Positions 40,905 to 55,400 of a stretch of 64,000 nucleotides of DNA are shown piece by piece. The stretch comes from a virus (Duplodnaviria; Caudoviricetes), in IMG/VR virus record IMGVR_UViG_3300020037_003335, positions 1-64,000 of that record, one strand, 5' to 3'. The notes beneath the pieces are model-generated. The model saw only the letters and a program-made list of their open reading frames with translations. It did not search any database and was not told where the DNA came from. Position 1 is the first letter of the stretch, and each line of letters opens with the position of its first letter. Both the position numbers and the translations under genes were made by a program.

Positions 40905-43424
40905 ATGTTACAAGAAAGAAAAGGGTTTTTCTATGAAGGCGACTTTCTAGATTACAAACCTACCTACGCTAGACCTGACATGAATGTGATATTAAAAATA
41001 CTGGAAATGGGAGCTGAGAAGGTAGCGCATCAGCAGGACATGCTTAATAAGGTAGAAGATTCAGTTAGGAAAACACCTGCATACTTAGATCAAGATGTTG
41101 ATTATGTGGGTAATGTTACTAAACAAATAGATTCAGAGATATCTGGCATGATGGATGGTACAGTAGATTTACTTGATCCTGCTAATACAGGTAAGGTTAT
41201 GCAAATAGCTAAGAAGTATATGTATGATCCAGAGCTAGCTAAGATTACAAGTAGAACTGGTAAGATAAGTAAATCTCAAGAGCAGATAGAAGCTATGCGT
41301 AAAGCAGGAAAGATATCTGCAGAGAATTATTGGGAATTTAATCAAAGTATATTAGGTGCTAACAGTGAGTTTGCCAATTCTAAAAAGTATAACTCAGATG
41401 TAAATTTACATTATGATATAGTTCCATATACAGATGAGCGAGCAGAGAAATTAGAGACTTTATCTAAAATTCCTTTGCACACAATATCTACCCCAATAAT
41501 GTCAGCTGACGGTAAATGGATACATGATCGTACTATAAAAGCTGTAGATCCACAAATGGCTAGAAATATACAGTATGCTAAAACTCCAGAAGAAAAGCAA
41601 ATGTATATAGATCAAAACGATAAACAATTAACAGCATTGTTTTTAGCTAATATGAGTGAGGGGGCTAGACAACAGTTGATAGCACAAGCAAAAATGAATG
41701 GAGCTAAAACAGAAGCTGACTATCAACTTTATATACAAAAGAGTGTTTTAGGTGTAGTAGATATGGCCAATGATGCTGATATAATGGATACTAACTTGAA
41801 AGAAAATCCGTATAAGAAAATGGAAATGGAGCAGGCATTTGCAATAAAAATGTTTCAGGCAAAGGTACGTGCCGAGAAAGACGCCGCAGATTTAAAAGAT
41901 AAGCGTGATCGAGCAGCAGCTAAATTATTAGCAGACGCAAAGGAGAAAGAAGGACTACCTCAAACACCTAGAGCAACTGAAGATGCTACTACTGTAAACT
42001 ATCCACAAAAACCAAAATACAATCTAACACCAGGTGCTGTTACTCCCACAGCAATAAGACAACAAGCAGCTAAAACAAATATTAGTATAAAAGCATTCCC
42101 TGCAGAAATATTAGCAGCTAATGCAACCGCAAAGGCAGACTTAGATAGAGTCACTGCATCGTTAGGTATGAAACAAGGATTTATGTCTGTAATTCAAAGT
42201 GTAGATAAAAATGGAAAAGAAGTTATTGCTACAGATCCAACTGCAGTTGGATACAAATATGTTCATACAGTACCACAGATGTATTTAGATACGTATCCTG
42301 AATTACGGGCTGTCGTAGAAAAAACTGCAAACACACTGCAAGGTTTTATACAAAAAGGACGAGAGTTACAAGCTACTTCAACTGGATTAAAACGAGTTAC
42401 AGAAGAGCTTAATGCAATTACAGCAAGTGATCCAACAGCAGAAAAAGACCTTACCGAAATTGCAAAAAATATTGATGAGTATATAGAAAGGTATATAGCT
42501 ACGTCATTTGATTTAAATGTTGGTGCAGGACATAATCCTTATCCTAGTGAACAAAAAATAAATGCGAGAATTAAGATTTCTACAGGAATCGAAACAAGAG
42601 AACAATGGCGTAAATTATTAACAGAACAAGCAGTAGCTAAATCTAAAAATCCTACGCTTAAAGAAATGCAGACTAAGATTGATAAAACATTTAATGATCC
42701 TATTAGTGCAAAAGTTATTACATACACCCCTAATTATGAAACAGGTGAAAAATCAGCTTTGACCAGAGTAGAAGGGCGCAGAGTTGAAAATGATATGTTA
42801 AATCGAGCTATAACTAATCCTAGTTCTATAATATTGGATGCTAATGGCAGGAGAATAGACAATCCCGCAGAACGTAAAAAAGTTATAGAGCAGTTGAATA
42901 TCAAGAGTGTAAAGAATGATGACGAAGCTGTAGTATATTCAAATCAAAGTCTTAGCTATGCTAAATACGATGGTGATTGGTATATGATAGTATCTACTAC
43001 AGGAGACACCAGCAGTCAATATCAAATTCAACTTTCATCAAGAGCTGCTAAAACATTTTTATCAAAAGTTGGAATTGAATCTCAATATAACTATAATGCA
43101 ACACAAGAAGTGATGGCTAGAGCAGGTATGGAAGGTAAAGCTATTATACAAGGTACAGATGCTGAGTATGATCCAAATCCAGTTAATATACTTGGTAATA
43201 CACAAGCACAGTTAACTATCTCTGGACAAAGTATCCCATACTCAATAGAATTAACTAATGTAGCAGATGTAGAAGATTTCTATGCATACGCTAAAAGTAA
43301 TATTGGAGATGGAACACCTAAAGAGCAAAAAGAGGATTCTTATATAACAGGACTAGTAGGACTAGGTTTTAATTCTGGTCAAGCACAAATAATAGTAAAC
43401 AGCCATCCTGAGTGGCTTAAATAA
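40905..43424 (+). CDS. ejected cargo protein
   Basis: 839 aa, no Cys, helical, position before the RNAP gene. Confidence 0.65.
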   Translation: MLQERKGFFYEGDFLDYKPTYARPDMNVILKILEMGAEKVAHQQDMLNKVEDSVRKTPAYLDQDVDYVGNVTKQIDSEISGMMDGTVDLLDPANTGKVMQIAKKYMYDPELAKITSRTGKISKSQEQIEAMRKAGKISAENYWEFNQSILGANSEFANSKKYNSDVNLHYDIVPYTDERAEKLETLSKIPLHTISTPIMSADGKWIHDRTIKAVDPQMARNIQYAKTPEEKQMYIDQNDKQLTALFLANMSEGARQQLIAQAKMNGAKTEADYQLYIQKSVLGVVDMANDADIMDTNLKENPYKKMEMEQAFAIKMFQAKVRAEKDAADLKDKRDRAAAKLLADAKEKEGLPQTPRATEDATTVNYPQKPKYNLTPGAVTPTAIRQQAAKTNISIKAFPAEILAANATAKADLDRVTASLGMKQGFMSVIQSVDKNGKEVIATDPTAVGYKYVHTVPQMYLDTYPELRAVVEKTANTLQGFIQKGRELQATSTGLKRVTEELNAITASDPTAEKDLTEIAKNIDEYIERYIATSFDLNVGAGHNPYPSEQKINARIKISTGIETREQWRKLLTEQAVAKSKNPTLKEMQTKIDKTFNDPISAKVITYTPNYETGEKSALTRVEGRRVENDMLNRAITNPSSIILDANGRRIDNPAERKKVIEQLNIKSVKNDDEAVVYSNQSLSYAKYDGDWYMIVSTTGDTSSQYQIQLSSRAAKTFLSKVGIESQYNYNATQEVMARAGMEGKAIIQGTDAEYDPNPVNILGNTQAQLTISGQSIPYSIELTNVADVEDFYAYAKSNIGDGTPKEQKEDSYITGLVGLGFNSGQAQIIVNSHPEWLK

Positions 43425-43434
43425 AAATACACTT

Positions 43435-46400
43435 ATGGGAAAATTAGACGCAATGTATGCCATGATGGGCGATAAGCCTATAAGACCAAGAACATCTTTA
43501 TCTGAAAGTGATGAGACTAATGTTATATATGGCACAACTCCACAAAAGGAATTAGATACATACACCTACGAAGGTTTAAATTATTATAATCCAACTGATC
43601 CTGAAGCTAGTCAAGAAGCTAGAGCTGATAATCAAGGATACGTTGACATTATTGGTAAAGGACTTGCTAATATGGGAGTATCTTTACTTAAGAATGTAGC
43701 AGAAGCACCTGCATATATAGCTACTATAGCTACATCTCCACTTGTTGGTGTAGGTACTGCTATGTCTGGAGGTAATGGTTGGGAAGCTATGGGAACTTAT
43801 GTATTTAATAATCAATACTTACAAACAGTACAAGGTATAAAAGATAATATTGATGAGAATGTATTAAAGATTTATGTTCCACCTAGTGTTCAAGAAGGTG
43901 GACTGTGGGATAAATTTACTAGTATGCAGAACATGGTTTCACAAGGAAGTGAAATGATGGGCTTCGTACTAAGTATGTATGTGCCTGGTGCAGTGGTTGG
44001 TAAACTTGGCTGGGGTACAAAGCTAGTAGCAGGATTAAATGCAGCAGAAGCTGTAGGGGATGTTGGTTTAGGTACTAAAGCATTTAACATGCTAGCTAAA
44101 AACTTTGTAAAAGGTTCAGATGCAGTATTCGGCGAAGCAGGCATTGGTAAAATATTAGCAGGCGAAGCACGTGCAGGAACTGTTACAGGCGAAGCATTAG
44201 GTATTGCTACTAATGTAGATGATGCAGCTAAACTTGCACAAGGTACAGCTGCTTCAGCAGAGGCTGTAGTGTCTAATTTAGACGCTGCTAAAAAGATGTT
44301 AGTGTATACTAACAACGCAGCTAGATCTACTGATACAGGGCTTGCTATAGCTTTTAATACAACTTTAGAGAGTGCTAGTGAAGCTACACAATCTTATAGA
44401 GATATATATGATGCAGCTAAAGCTAAAGGATATTCTGAACAAGATGCACGTAATGCAGCTGCTTCAGGTGCTACAAATGTATTTGGTGCTAATATGTCAA
44501 TTTTAGCTGTAACAAACATAATCGGTGAGAAGTTTATATTAGATGGATTTGAGCGTGTAGCTAAAGGAGCTGATAACAACAAAGTAGCTAAGATGATAAT
44601 AAATGATGCTATTGGCGATAAAACAAGTAATATAACTGAACTACTTAAACATAACTGGTTTAATCAAAGTAAGTTTGGTAAAACACTTGTAGGTAAAGCA
44701 CTAGAGCCTGCAGCAAAAGTTGGAGGTAAGTTTGCAATCGGGGCTGTAAAGGAAGGTATTGTTGAAGAAGGTATGCAGACTAACGTTAGTCAAGTGGCTA
44801 AAGCAGATGCTTTGAAAGGTGAAAAAACATTTCAAAGGGAAGGTTGGACTTTTGGTACTAGCAGTATCTTAACATTCATAAACGGTATATCTAATTACGG
44901 AACCTTGTTCAGTGAAAAAGGAAATCAAGAACTAGCTGAAAGTATTTTAATGGGCGGTATATTCGCAGGTGCAATTGAGTTTGGTGGTGGAGCAATAAGA
45001 AGTTTAAGTGGTGAAACTAAAAAAGCAAACGCAGCACGTAAAGTTGGATATGATGATTTAAGAAACAACTTCATTTATTCATTTAAATCACACAATGAAT
45101 ATTTTCAGCGTGAACCTGAAAAAAATACAGACGGCACACCTAATCCTAAAGCAGGTAAATTGATATTAGATCAACAAGGAAGACCTGTGTTAACAGCAGA
45201 AGCTGAAGGTAATATGAAAAAAACTGAGGCAGTTCGTTTAGCGCAAGCTGCTCATGCAGATATAATTACAGCCTTAGACCCAGATAGCGTAGAAGCAGAG
45301 TTCGCTAACTTCATGTTAGAGTACAATGTATTTGTTGACATGCTAAGTCGTGAAGGTGGTAGTGAGCTTATGAAGCAAGCTATAGATGGTGGACACTTAG
45401 AAGCACTTATAGCTGCAAGGTACAAAGCTAATAATGAAGGAAATGAGATAGATCCTGCTATGCTTACTTCAATGGTTAACAGATGGAAAACTTTAGGTAA
45501 GAAAACTGAAGATCAATTAAACTTTATTAGAAGTACGCATAGTCCAGAAATGTATATAAACTATGATAAGAATGACCCAAAAGAAGCTGCAATGTTTAAA
45601 GCATTTAATGATGATATGTTTAATGAAAGACTTTCAAATCTTGCTTTACATGAACATGTGAAACAAGTAAGAATGGATAGAATGAAATCTTATGAAGATG
45701 CTGTAAAAGAATCTGCAGAATTACAAACAAAGATGGATGCACTGAGCTTTAATGGGGCTGCTCTAACTCCAGAGCAAGTCGCAATTAAAACTGAATACGA
45801 TGCAGCACAAAAAATGTTCGATGATTATGAAAAACAAAGACCATTGTTTAGTGATATCTTAGATGAAAATAAAGCCATACCTGCAGATGCTGCGCCACGT
45901 ATAAAAGCTAAATATGATAAAATAAAAAATAAACAAAAGATAGCAAATCAAGGTGGCTTTAGTGATGAGATGACACAAGAGGAACTAGACTTTATGGATG
46001 TGTATGATAAAGATACAGGAAAGTCACAAATAGATGCAGCTAACACTTACTTTGCAACAGCTAAGGAAGTAAAAAAAATTAACGATAATCCTACACACGC
46101 ATATACAAAAACAAATTCTGAACGTAAACTTACTGAGATGCAAATCAGTGCAGCTAAAGAAGCTGTTACAGCACTAGAAAAAGATTTTGAAACACTTAAT
46201 AACACTGAATTAGGTGTAGCTAAAAAATATAAGTTAGTAGGTCCAGAGTTTAAAGCTGCATGGGATAAATATAAAGCAGATAAATTAAAAGAAAGTCAGC
46301 AAGCTGCAACAGATGCTAAAGATGCAGCTGATATGCAAGCTAAAACAGATGGTGAACTAGCTTCTGCTGGATTTGATAAAGATATGAGAGCATCTCTTAT

Positions 46401-49400
46401 AAATCATTTAATTGCTTCAGGTACGGCTGTAAGTAAAGATTCAGCTGAGGCTGCTCAAGTTGTATTTAAAGATTTAGAATTTACATTAAATACTACAGCA
46501 TTACAGCAGGAGTATAATGCATACACTGACAAAACAACTGAAGAAGCTAAAAAGAAATTACGTGAAATAGAAATGTTGACAAAGCTTGCTGCACATCCAG
46601 GAGGTTGGGCAATTGTAATGGTACAAGCTATGGACAATAATGGTAGGTATGTATATGAAAATGGTAAACCTAGATTTGAAAAACGTATCATCAGTAAACG
46701 TGCTGCTAAGTATGTTGGTAAAGTTAATGATAGAGAAGCTACACGTAAATTATTTCCTTTAATGTTCGATGAAAATGGAAATAAACTAGATGAACAAGAA
46801 GTAGCTAATAAACGAGAAGCATTAATAGCTACAAACACCGCTGCTTCCATTGCACAAGCTGCGGCTCTTTTAAGTCAATCTAAAAAGTTTGTCTGGACTA
46901 CTAAAGACAAAACTGTAGAACGTCATATGGAAATACGTGTATCTAAGGATACTGCGTTTTACAGTAAAGCAGAAGTACAAAAGCATATTAGTAAATTCAA
47001 CACTTCAAGTGATTATTATTCTAATATAAATGCAGATGGAAGTAAAAAATTTGTAAAAGATGCCAAAGGAAAAGACACAAAAAAACTTGTAGAAAATCCT
47101 CGTAATGCTAGATTACGAATGGACGAAGCTAGTGTAGATTGGGATCAAATGAGAGGCGGATTTGGGCCAGCCATATACGTAGGACGTATATCCAAAAGAT
47201 CTTTAGTACTCAGCATGGCACCTGTAAATAAAAATATAGTGTTAGCTTCAAATAAAATGAAAGAGGCTTTAGCACAAAGACAAGCTATGATTAAAGCACT
47301 TGAAGATGTCAGAAAATACAACACTGATTTAAACAAAAGTGTTAAAAATAAAACTGCTGCATTACAAACTAAACTTAATGCTTTACCTAAAACTCAAAAC
47401 ACATTAGCTGCAATAGCTCGCGAAGCTAGATTACTGGCTTATGAGATTGAAGGCTTAACTATTAAGATAGCCAGCGCAGAAAACAAAAAAAACAAGTTTA
47501 AAAAACAAGATGGCAAACTTGCAAAAGATGCTCAAAGTGACATTGACAAATTAAATGCGCTAAAAGAGGAAAAGGATAAACGTTTAGCTGAAATACCTGC
47601 AATACGACAAGCTTTAGAAGCTGAAATCAGTAATGCAATAGCAAATATTAATGTAATAAAAAAACAAATTGAAGAACATCAACAAGAAGCAGCTAACTTA
47701 GTAGCATACAACGATGCTGCTGGATTACTTATATCTACGCTTGGTTCATTAAGTGAAGAGGATATTTATAAACTAGATCCTAGTGATATTAACTCCCTGC
47801 TTACATCAGAAGGTAAAGATTTATTAGACGTGTATTATCAGCAAGTTAAAGAAGACTTAACGGGCAAATTAATTGTGAATAGGGCGGTAGATAAAATAAT
47901 AGTAGATAAAGAAAATGAGCTTAAAGCGTATAATAAGAGTAAGCAAGAATTTGAAAAGCAGTTGGCGAACAGAAAGGCTTTTAATGAAAAATTAAAAGCT
48001 ATAACTACTGCAGATGTTACATCTGACACAGCAGATGCTTTGAACAACTTGCTGACTGCTTATTTACAAATACATAATAACCAATATAAAGATGCGCCTA
48101 AGGCACTTGCTACATCAATAAAAGACAGTACTGTTAAATATATTAGGTATATAGAAGACTTGTTAGTAGATATTGGACATGATAGAGTTATACCAAATTT
48201 TAATAATGCGCAAGTAGCAGAATTAAAATTAAAGTTAGAAACAACTTTAACTAGATTGAAAAGTATTGCGGCAGCTTCTACAATAGTAGAAGCGTACAGT
48301 AGTTTAGCCGATGTGGATAATTATCCAGCATCTGATGATTTACAACAAGCAATTAATGCAGTAGGAAAAAAAGTAGAAAGCTATCTAGATTTAGAAGAAA
48401 GTCTTACAAATATATTACAAGATTTAACAGCAATATACGATTTTACAATAGATCTAACTAAAGATACCAAAAAAGAAATAAGAGCAAAAATTGAAGCCAC
48501 TATAAAGAATATACTAGATTCAAGAAAAGAAGCGGAAAAAATTGATGCTAATATAAAAGCAAAAATAGCTGGTCTAGATTCTAATATAAACAAAGTGAAT
48601 AAAGAACTACAAGTACTGCAGAATGCTGCTATGACAGATATAGATTTTGAAACTGGAGCAATAAAAACAGCTAATGATGAAGTAGTTATTGATAATTTTA
48701 GAGACTTGTACTTAGCTGAATTAAAAGCATCTAAACTAGCAGAGTTATCTGAAATACAAAAAGTTGCTGGAGATTTACAAGCCCCCATAAAAACAACTTT
48801 AGATGATTTAACAAAGCAACGTAAAGAACTTGAAAAAGAATTACTGCAAAGTATCTTATCTAATAAAGAAGTAACAGCTACTAAAAAACTTACTTCATTT
48901 TTACAGCTTATACCACAATTTGAAAAACAGTTTAATTCTGATAGTGCAGCACTACTCCAAACAGTGCGAGCTGTATTTTCACGTAGTAAAACTATAGATG
49001 TTGCTTCAACAGCCTCAGATAAGAAAGATGAAGAAGTGTTAGCATCTATGTTAAATCCATCCACAGCTCTTACATTATTAAATAGATATATTGCTGACTT
49101 CAACGTAACTGCTAATTCTGAAAATCAAATATCACCAATAACTGAAGCAGAATACAAGGCTGTAGTGGTTACATTTATAGATGCTTTAGATGCTGGTACT
49201 AAAGCTGCAACTGAGGGAGTGCTAACTAAACTAAGAACTACTATAACGTCTATCGATAGAGTTCAATCAATAGCTGTAGACTTAGCGTCTAAGCTAATTG
49301 TAGATATGGATAAATTCTCAGCAGATATAGCAAGAAGAACTCAAGTAGCGTTAAACAAAGCAGATAGAGATAACGGAGATGCAACTTATATTGATGATGA

Positions 49401-52400
49401 AGAGATACGAGTAGAAGGTGATGATATAGCTGAGTACAGACAAAACAGAGTATTCTCAACAGCTTCATCTAACGTAGAGACATCTAGAAATATAGGTGCT
49501 AATGAACAAATAGATGATGCTCCTAAATATATACGTGCAGATCCAGCTAATCCAAATGAGTATACAATATCTATAGCTGTACATGGAGAGCACTATATAG
49601 TAGAGAAAGAAGACGCGGATAAAGAAGCTGTGTATGCTCCAATAGAATTGCCTAAACCGCCAGACGGCTATGATCCTACAAATAATAGCCCTGAAAATAA
49701 CGAGTATAAAAAGAAGTTAGAACTGTATTACAACGCAGAAGATTTATCAGATAAAGGATTAACTGAACAAGAAATTGCAGCTATAACAGAGTTTAGAAGG
49801 TACTCAGCTAACAACAGGTTCTTTACATGGACAGATGCTAATGAAACTATACATAAAAATATTGCAGGAAAAAAGTTATTTTTCCGTGCAGCTACATATA
49901 AGAATATACAAGATGCTGCTAAGACCAATCCTGATTTACAAAGCATTATAGATGATATAGATAATCAGTTAAAACTTATACAAGGGTCTTCTGAACAACA
50001 GCGAACAGCAAATACATTACAAGGTTTAATAGATGGAAATAATGTTATATTAATTCCATACGAAGTTGTTCCTGGTGTGAATGGGGGAGCTCCTACTATC
50101 AGACCTGTAAAAGGACTTAGTTCTACAGAGAAAAGATTTAATGCAAGTAATCCTAAAGCTAAAATTGAACCTAGAGTATTATACAGTTCAAGACCATTAG
50201 CAGACACTGTATACAAATCATGGAATAGTGCAGACAAAATTGTTACTACTGTTGTAAATGCTAACACTGAACTTGGTATAGAAGATTTTAATACAGCTAA
50301 AGCTGAGGTTGAAACTAAATTAGATATTGAATTAGTAGCTCCAAGTTCAATGGTGTTAGATGGTAAAGAAATAAGTGCTTTTGTGAAAAAATATGGTATA
50401 TCAATAACAGTTAATAAAAATGAAGTTAAAATACTGTACACATTAGATGGAGATAAGAAAGAACTTACCATATTAAATACACAAGCTGAATATAAAATAC
50501 TACACGCTTTAGGTAGAGATGCGCTTAAGCTGGCAGTAATAGGTGGCATATTAAAGAAGGTATACACAACTCAAACAAAAGAGTTAATTCGTGCACCTCA
50601 AGGTAATGCGTATTTACAGATTATTAAAATTAATAGAGGTGTACCTGTATACGCACAAAAAAGAATTGCAAGTAGCAATTCTAAACAAGATTTGAAAAAC
50701 GCTGAGCTAACTCCAGTGTATATGCCATTAAGTGAAGTACTACCTAATGAACCTGGATTACAATTAACTGTAGTAACTAGAAAGAATGCGGCAGATCACC
50801 CAAATGCAATAGCAGGTGACTTAGTTGTACTAAGTTCTAATGATTTACGTTTACCTGTAGTAACATCTCTATTCTCTGATGAAACTGGAGAAGCTAAAAC
50901 ACATAAAGCTAATATGCTAGATGTGTTAGGTTTAACTATTTTAAAAGCTGTAGAAACAGAAGCTAAAGGTGATTTAGATGCGCTAAGAGAATCTGTTCCA
51001 TTTTCAACTGGTAAAATAACTCCAGTTAAAATACAAGTAGGTAATGAAGAAGTAGACATAAATGGCTACGGTATACTACCTACTGATATGGGGCAAAGCA
51101 GAGATGGTGTAGGAGCTTTAAACTTTTACTTAAACTTTGGTAAATATACTGAAAGCCATTTAGCTAGTAAAGAACGTAATCAAATTTATATAGGTCAAGG
51201 AGATCTTGTATTTGTATACAATACAAGAGTTAATGGAGTTAAAACTCCTAAGACTACTAGAATAAAACTTAGCAGCTTAATTAGAACAGATGCTGAGGGA
51301 AATAGGTATGTTAACTTGCCAGCCTTATTTGCAAGTGCTACTAATGCTACGACTGAAGGCAGAGCTCTAATAGAACTAGAAAACTATTTAAACAGTAAAC
51401 GTATAAACGTACATAAGAAATTATTAGAATCAAGCTCTGGTGTTACATACATACCTTCAGTTAAGAAAAATGATGCAGGAAATATAACCACTGAAAGTAC
51501 ATTACAATACACAAAAGAAACAGTACCATACAGTGTATGGGCAGCAAAAAATATTGTAAGAACTAACCATGATCCTAAAGCTGCAAGAAGAACTATACAA
51601 AGAAATCTAGTACATGATACATCATTTATATCTGCAGAAAACGCTGCATCACTAGCCGCAGACATACTGAAAGCAGAAGCTGCTAAAGAAGAAGCAAGAA
51701 AAAAACAAGAAAAAGAAAATCTTGCTGCATATACAGCTGCTGCAGCTAGTGCTAAACATACATATAGTAATTTAGCTGAATTAAAAGCGTTATTAGATAC
51801 GGATGTGTTTATGAAATCAACATTAACTAAAGGCACTAAAGCGGCATTAAAAGGTGTTATAAATTTAGCTACAACACTTGCTTCTATAGACCCTTCTAAT
51901 ATAGCAACATTAAACAGTATTGGAATATATTTTAGTACGTCTGCTACTCCTATAACTACTGTAACTGCTGCAACTGCGCCTGTAATTACTGGTAATACAT
52001 ACAGTACAATAAAAGAGTTATTAGATATACTACAAGTTGAAATTGCAAATAAAACCGTATTAGGCAAAAAATCTAGTACAAAAGCTTTAGCTGGCGTGCT
52101 AAAAATAAGTCCTGATATTAATAAAGTAGTGCTATCTCCAGAGCACGTAAAATTATTAGAAGCTAATGGAATTTATGAAGCAGGAAAAGCACCAGCAGCT
52201 ACTCTAACACCTCCACCTCCACCCGCACCTATTATAACTGCAGGTAACCCAGCGGAAACAGCTTATAGTCATATTTTAAAAATGGTTGGTAATGCGGAAT
52301 TTATGATAGCTCTAGACCTGGCAAATAGAAACAGCAGCAAATTTTTAAAAGACTTTGCTGCCGATAAAGATAAATTTCAAGAAAATGTTGATAATGAATT

Positions 52401-55400
52401 AATAGCTGAAATAAGTGAGCTAAATGATGCATTTGAATTATGGAAAGAAGAAGCTGCAAAAGCTGCTATTACTGCACCTACAGATGATGATGGATTTAGT
52501 ATGAGCAGATTTAAAGACGCAACTAAAAAAGCTATTCAACTTGCAGAAGCTAAACGCAACATGGCTGCTATCTTCGGTGAAAAGTTTGCTGATGAAAATG
52601 TTCAAATGGTTGTAGGTTTAATACAAGGTGAAGGGTATGGAGCATTTACTGCTGATGGTAAAATATTACTGTCTAATTTAGCAGAAGCTGGAACGGAATA
52701 TCATGAAGCATTTCACCGTGTATGGAGAATGTATGTACCCAGTTCTAAACGAAGTGAATTAATTGCAGAATTTGAGACTCGTGCAGATAAAGAAGATGTA
52801 CTTGCAGCTGTTCGTGCTGCTGGATATAAAGGTAGTAGAGAGTATTTAATTGAAGAAGCTTTAGCTGAAGAGTTTAAATTGTATAGTGATAAATATAAAT
52901 ACAAAAATGGTAAACTTGTACCTAAGAATAAAATAGAGCGTTGGTTCGACAAATTAATAAAGTTCCTCAGAGCTTTAATAGGACGTCCTATACAGCAGCA
53001 ATTCTATGATGATATACTTGCTGGTAAATATAAGAACGTGGCACCTAAGTATACTTATAAGGCACGTGAAGCAGTTTACAGTAAACGAATTGCGTTTAAG
53101 GATTTACCTACTATTGATGTGAGTAGTGCAGATATTAATGCTGTTAATACAGCAATAACTGTAGACTTATTTCAAAATGAATTGGCAAAAGGTAATATAC
53201 ATATCTTATTAAATCCTCCAGCAAATGGTTGGGATACAATAGATTCTTATACTAGAGCGCTTGTATCGCAAGGTACAGCAGTACTAAAGAAATTTGTATC
53301 AGATCGTAGTAAAATTGTATACGGTAACTACAAAGATGTATACGGTGTCCCAGCATCAAGTGGACTTTCTTTAGGCATATCGCATATATTATCATTAATT
53401 AATAATGATAAACTTAATGCTACAGAAAAGTATTATTTAGTAAATTCAACAGAAGCTGTCCTATCGATAGCTAATAATGGAAATTTAGAGCTGATGATAA
53501 AAGAGCTAATGAAAAATACTTCAATGCTGCAAGTAGGAGAACAGAAAACCATAGCTAATATATCTGAATGGACAAAGAAATCTACAGCTGAAAGAATAGC
53601 TTACTTCGCAGTACAAGGTAATACTGATAAAGCTGTCATGGCAATTGGTAGTATTATACGTGCAAGTATACGAAGTAAATTAATAGATGATCCATCAGTT
53701 ACAGCTTTAAACACTATTAACGCTAATACAACAGAAAAACGATGGCCTACTTTAGATAGAGTGTTTTCTCAAACTATGAAAGATAGGATTAGTCCTCGCC
53801 CTATTGATTTAACAATGCTGTCTGTTTTACAAAAACATTTTCAGTTAGAGTCAGAGAAAGCAGCTCCGTCTACGGAAGAGCAAGATTCGTATGTGGCGTT
53901 ATTAAAAGTAGAATCATATAAAAACAGTAGTTCTTTTTATGTTCAATGGACAAAAGCTATTGCTAACATTGGAGGTAAATTAAAGTATGAAAGAAATGAT
54001 GGGTATGAAAATGAAAATAATGATGATGAAAATGATGAAACCTCTAATGATGAAGGTGTAGAAGAAGAGGGTATAAATACTAAAGAAGATGAAGTAGTAA
54101 GTAAAGATGGTGCATATGATAAACTTGTTTATGAAAAGAATCCATTATCATCTATAACTACTTTGATTAAACTACTTATCAAAAGCATTCCACAAAAAGA
54201 TGCAAGAGGAAATAATGTGCTACATCCTACATTAGGTGTAGTGATGGCTATTCCTTGGGAGTCGACTATTAATAAATTCATTAACAGTTTGGCTAATATT
54301 CCTACATGGGCTATGTGGAAAGAGTTTGAAAAGTTTGTAAAGATGACACCAGAGGTTTCAAGCATACTTAAAAATATTGAAGAAATAAAAACTTCAGCTG
54401 ATAAGTCGGATGTAAAAGTAAAACTTAACAGAGCGTTCGGGAATCATATTTACAATTTCTTGATAACTTTGATAAATAAAGATAAAATTGTTACAACTAG
54501 TGCTAACAGTAATACTGGAGATAAGAGATCGATAAATGCATGGAAAAATAATATGACAGCCATTGATGATCCAGCAGTATTAAATATACTAAAAGATCAA
54601 TTTGAATATGCATTTAAGGCTACTCATGATCCAGTACTTACAGCAAGAAGTGGACATAGTGGTAATGTTATGCCTATAACCAAAACAAATGAACTTCCAG
54701 ATGAAAAGCATACAATTAATAGAGATAAAGTTAATACTGCTAAAGAATATGCAGAGTATTTAGGTATCACATTAGATAGTGAAATATACGAAGCCGAATA
54801 TGCTTTTGATGAAGGTAAGAATATTTATGATACAGTAAAAGCTATCTACTTAAATGCTATGAACACTATGACCAAAGAGGAAAAAGATGCAGTACTTAGA
54901 AATCCAACTCAACTAGCTAATAAAATATTTGGCAGTGATGCTGAATTTGGAGGAACTGCTGTAGGCACTAAGATAGAAGCGTTAGCTAAAAAACAAGCTA
55001 AGTATTCTAGAGATGTATCTCAATCAATTACCAGTAACAATAAGAAATTATTTGCAGCTAACTTGAATAGTGCTATGACGGTAACTTCTGATGGATTAAA
55101 CTACATAAGTAGCTTAGAAGAAGGAGAAGTAAATAATTATATTCAAGATGAATTAACTAATAGATATCAAGAGTATTATGGTAAAGAAGACTTGTTGACT
55201 GCTAATGCTGAAACATGGTTAGAAGCCACTTTGTATAGAGAAGGAACGGGCATTAAACGACATCCGATACACCTAGCTAGAACTAAATTAATGCTATTAA
55301 AATATTCTGGTGTGTTTAACAGTAACTCTGTAAGCAGCGTGCTACTACGAAATAGTATTACAGGCAGTAGAATTGAATTGTCTGTACTAGACAGTATAAA